Position numbers and translations under genes: made by a program
Shown: piece by piece, positions 61,173 through 64,000 of the stretch
How the letters are laid out: each line of letters begins with the position of its first letter
How positions within the stretch are numbered: the first letter of the stretch is position 1
Assembly: GCA_040285825.1 (NCBI GenBank)
Contig: JAUPSS010000011.1
Coordinates: 817,658 to 881,657, forward strand
Direction of reading: 5' to 3'
From: Eukaryota sp. TZLM1-RC
Taxonomy: Eukaryota > Protista > Metamonada: BaSk clade
Length of the DNA stretch: 64,000 nt
Notes under the pieces: model-generated
The model's database searches: none
Told to the model about the DNA's origin: nothing
Seen by the model: only the letters and a program-made list of their open reading frames with translations

Positions 61173-61665
61173 TTTCACAGAATTGAAAGCATTTTTGAAA
61201 TCCAAATTAAAAATATATTGATGCTGTTGACTATTGAAAAAAACATCTGAAGTCATTGAAGCAACAGAAGCACCTTCAACAGTTTTTATACCAAATTGGA
61301 AAGGCTTCAAATAGTGTCTTGCTTTAGTAGAAATTCTGTTAAAAATAAGCGAAGAAAGCAATCTGGTTAATGACTCTCCAATAGCAATTGGTCTAACTCC
61401 ATCAGGTTTGTCACCTTTACCAGGTTTAACTAAAGCAACTAAACGGGCAGCAGTCAATTCAGGCGGAGGAACATAATTTAAACACATTAAATTTTGAAAA
61501 TAGGAAGCAAGATCCTCAACAATTTCAGGAGCATTTTTACAGGCAGTTTTTAACAAATCAAAGGAAATGCCTTTGACTGTGGTTTTGAAAATAAATTAAA
61601 ATTAAACTAAAGGAAATGCCTTCTGATTGGCTCTTCTGCTCAAGACCTCGTGATAAACGATTCTA

Positions 61666-64000
61666 TTTTTTTTTAAAATTTAATTTTATTCTAAACCTAT
61701 TAATCAACATCTAAAAAATCCATCTCTCCCAAAACAAAAACACTAGATGCAACTCTCTCATAGTGAGATCCAAGAGAAAGCAAAGCATCAGAAACCATCT
61801 TCAACATTCCCTTAAAAATAGAAAACACAATTCTATTTTGCCAAAACAATCTGTTGAAATTTCTGCCAGTTCTTCTCTTTACAATCATTTCAAAATCATC
61901 CAAAAAAACGTAAAGCAGTTGGTGCAAGTGAACCAAAAAGGGAAAATACAAATGGATACAAATTGTATTTTGCATGCTGTAGACTGGCCAATTTGGACAA
62001 AGGTTCATTGTATTTTTGAATTTAAAATTTTCAGCATTTGAAAGGGGATTATGAATTTCAGAATTAACAAGCCTTTCATTTGAGGCATTACAAGGATCAA
62101 CAGACATTACATCCAATAAAATGAAGCTTCCATCTAATCCAGGTAATATGACATCACCTCTATTATTCTTATGAAAATCATTTTCAGCATCAAACAGATT
62201 TGACAACAAAGGTTCCAAGAAGGATTCAATTCTATGAGATTTACACATACAATATAACTGGTCTCTCACAGCATCATGAACCTTGCTTCTAAAAGTAATA
62301 AAATGTTTACAATTTAACAAATGAGTAGTTGTAATTTCTCGAGAACATTTACAAATTAAATTATGAGGTAAATTATCAGGCCAGATAAAGGAACGAAATC
62401 TCATATTCAGAGTCCAAGCAGAATCGGATAAGAGAGTACCATAAACTTGTGGAATTGTTGTTACTAAGGCAGAAGAAGTACTGTCACACATATCTTGTAA
62501 AAGATTTGCAAAAGCGGGATTCTTTTTCTTGGCCAAGCCAAGTCTAACATCAAAATCCAAGCTTTCAAAAATCTTTGACAATTTTGTTGAAGCTTTTTAC
62601 AGCAAAACTGTAAATTAAATAGAGATCGGTTTGGAATTTCTTGAATTGATTGAGGAAAACATTTGGTCCAAATTTGTGGCGGTAATTTTTCAAGTTCACA
62701 AGATAACTCATACAAATAGGGACTACAATTGGGGACTAACAGATGAGAATCATCAGGAAATCTACGAGAAAATTCATAAATAAAATTTTTGCCACCACCC
62801 AAGAATGCTGATTGACACAAAATTGAAGATTTAGTAAAACCAATACCACCCAAATTTGCTGAAGAAAATAAATGGCTTTTCAACATTCCTGGTTCTACAT
62901 CCAATAAATCAGCAAAAAATTCTGTTCTCAATGAATTAAAAGAACGACAAAAATCTAATGCTATGGAAGGAGCACAAGATCTCAAAATGTGGGTTATTCT
63001 CCCAGTGTAGCAAATTTTAAGCATGAAAAATTTAATATGCTTTTCTATATCTAAAGAAGAAATTGAATCAAGTTCAATTTTCATTTTTTCCAAAATACCT
63101 TGCAATTCATTCTGAATTTGAGGCACATTTCCTAACCAACAACCAAGGAACTTAAAAGCATCACTACTATAATTAGTAAAAGGGACAATAGAATCGTTTA
63201 TCACGAGGTCTTGAGCAGAAGAGCCAATCAGAAGGCATTTGCTGGCATTAAGATGAAGCCCAATATTTTCATATGAATCGGCAATTTCTTGAGCAACCAA
63301 TTCTAGTAAATCAAATGAACCAATCAAGGATATATCATCCATATAAGCAACTATTTTTATAGAAGGGTATTTTTGCTTAATGATATTTAAAGTTTTGTGA
63401 ATAGCTAAACAAAACAATAATGGGCCTAAAGGATCTCCCTGCTTCACTCCAGAAGATGATTTAAGACCAAATGAATTAAAAATTAAATCTGATTCTTTCC
63501 CATAAAAATGGTAGAAAAAAACTCGATAGCTCAGGAAAATCAGATTTAATAACTTCAAAAATTGCTTCTCGCTTTACAGAATTAAAAGCATTTTTAAAGT
63601 CGAGATTAAAAATAAAATTATTTTCCTCTGCATTAAAAAAGGTATCAGAGGCAATAGCAGCAACAGAAGCACCATCAATTGTTTTGATTCCAAATTGATG
63701 AGGATTCAAAAATGTATAAGCTTTGTCTTTGACACGATCGAAGACAATTGATGCTAGCAAACGAGAAAGAGATTCACCAACAGCAATTGGGCGTATTCCA
63801 TCAGGTTTGATTCCGTTTCCAGGCTTTACTAAAGCAATCAGACGTGCTGCGAGTAATTCAAATGGAGGATTAATTTTCAAAACAATCAATTGTTGAAAAT
63901 AGTGGGCTAGATCATCAGCAATTTCGGGAGCACTGCAACACGCTATTTTTAAGAGATCAAAAGAAATTCCAGATGGGGCTGCTGCTTTCCCCTTTGGCAA
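61666..64000 (-). mobile_element. Family A element running off the window end
   Basis: RT ORFs 63476-64000 and 62464-63558, RLE ORF 61700-62581, T-run (A-tail) at 61666-61674. Confidence 0.93.

Larger units (their letters stand above)
55427..61620 (-). mobile_element. Family D CRE-like element (outer host of the nest)
   Basis: Segments 61173-61573, 60389-60822 and 55427-56971 rejoin into one RT-RLE frame (VRPIAIGE, FNSVK|RNC, YMDD, QQAFK|FLGCWLG, RGD, ...AGFEDVEF*). Confidence 0.9.

Overview
Eukaryotic, AT-rich and apparently intron-poor DNA, probably from a flagellated protist (it carries an intronless DNAAF1/ODA7-like gene). Most of the window is transposon-derived. (1) Two near-complete chromodomain-bearing Ty3/gypsy LTR retrotransposons (644-7869 +, 41734-45679 -) have tiny LTRs (154 and 94 bp), TSDs and essentially no UTRs. 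Both have a perfect palindrome straddling the 5' LTR end where a tRNA primer-binding site should be. Two older gypsy remnants are also present. (2) About 25 copies or fragments from at least six families (my labels A-F) of compact CRE-like non-LTR retrotransposons (RT plus restriction-like endonuclease) form a TSD-resolvable nested array at 50-64 kb, with junctions resembling template jumps and head-to-head fusions. (3) A degenerate Fanzor1 (eukaryotic TnpB-like RNA-guided nuclease) lies at about 23.2-24.1 kb. (4) There are hAT, MULE and Tc1/IS630 DNA-transposon remnants and an hAT-type MITE. (5) There are a few host genes. No rRNA, tRNA or CRISPR arrays were recognised. All assignments come from motif recognition by eye; no database searches were run.
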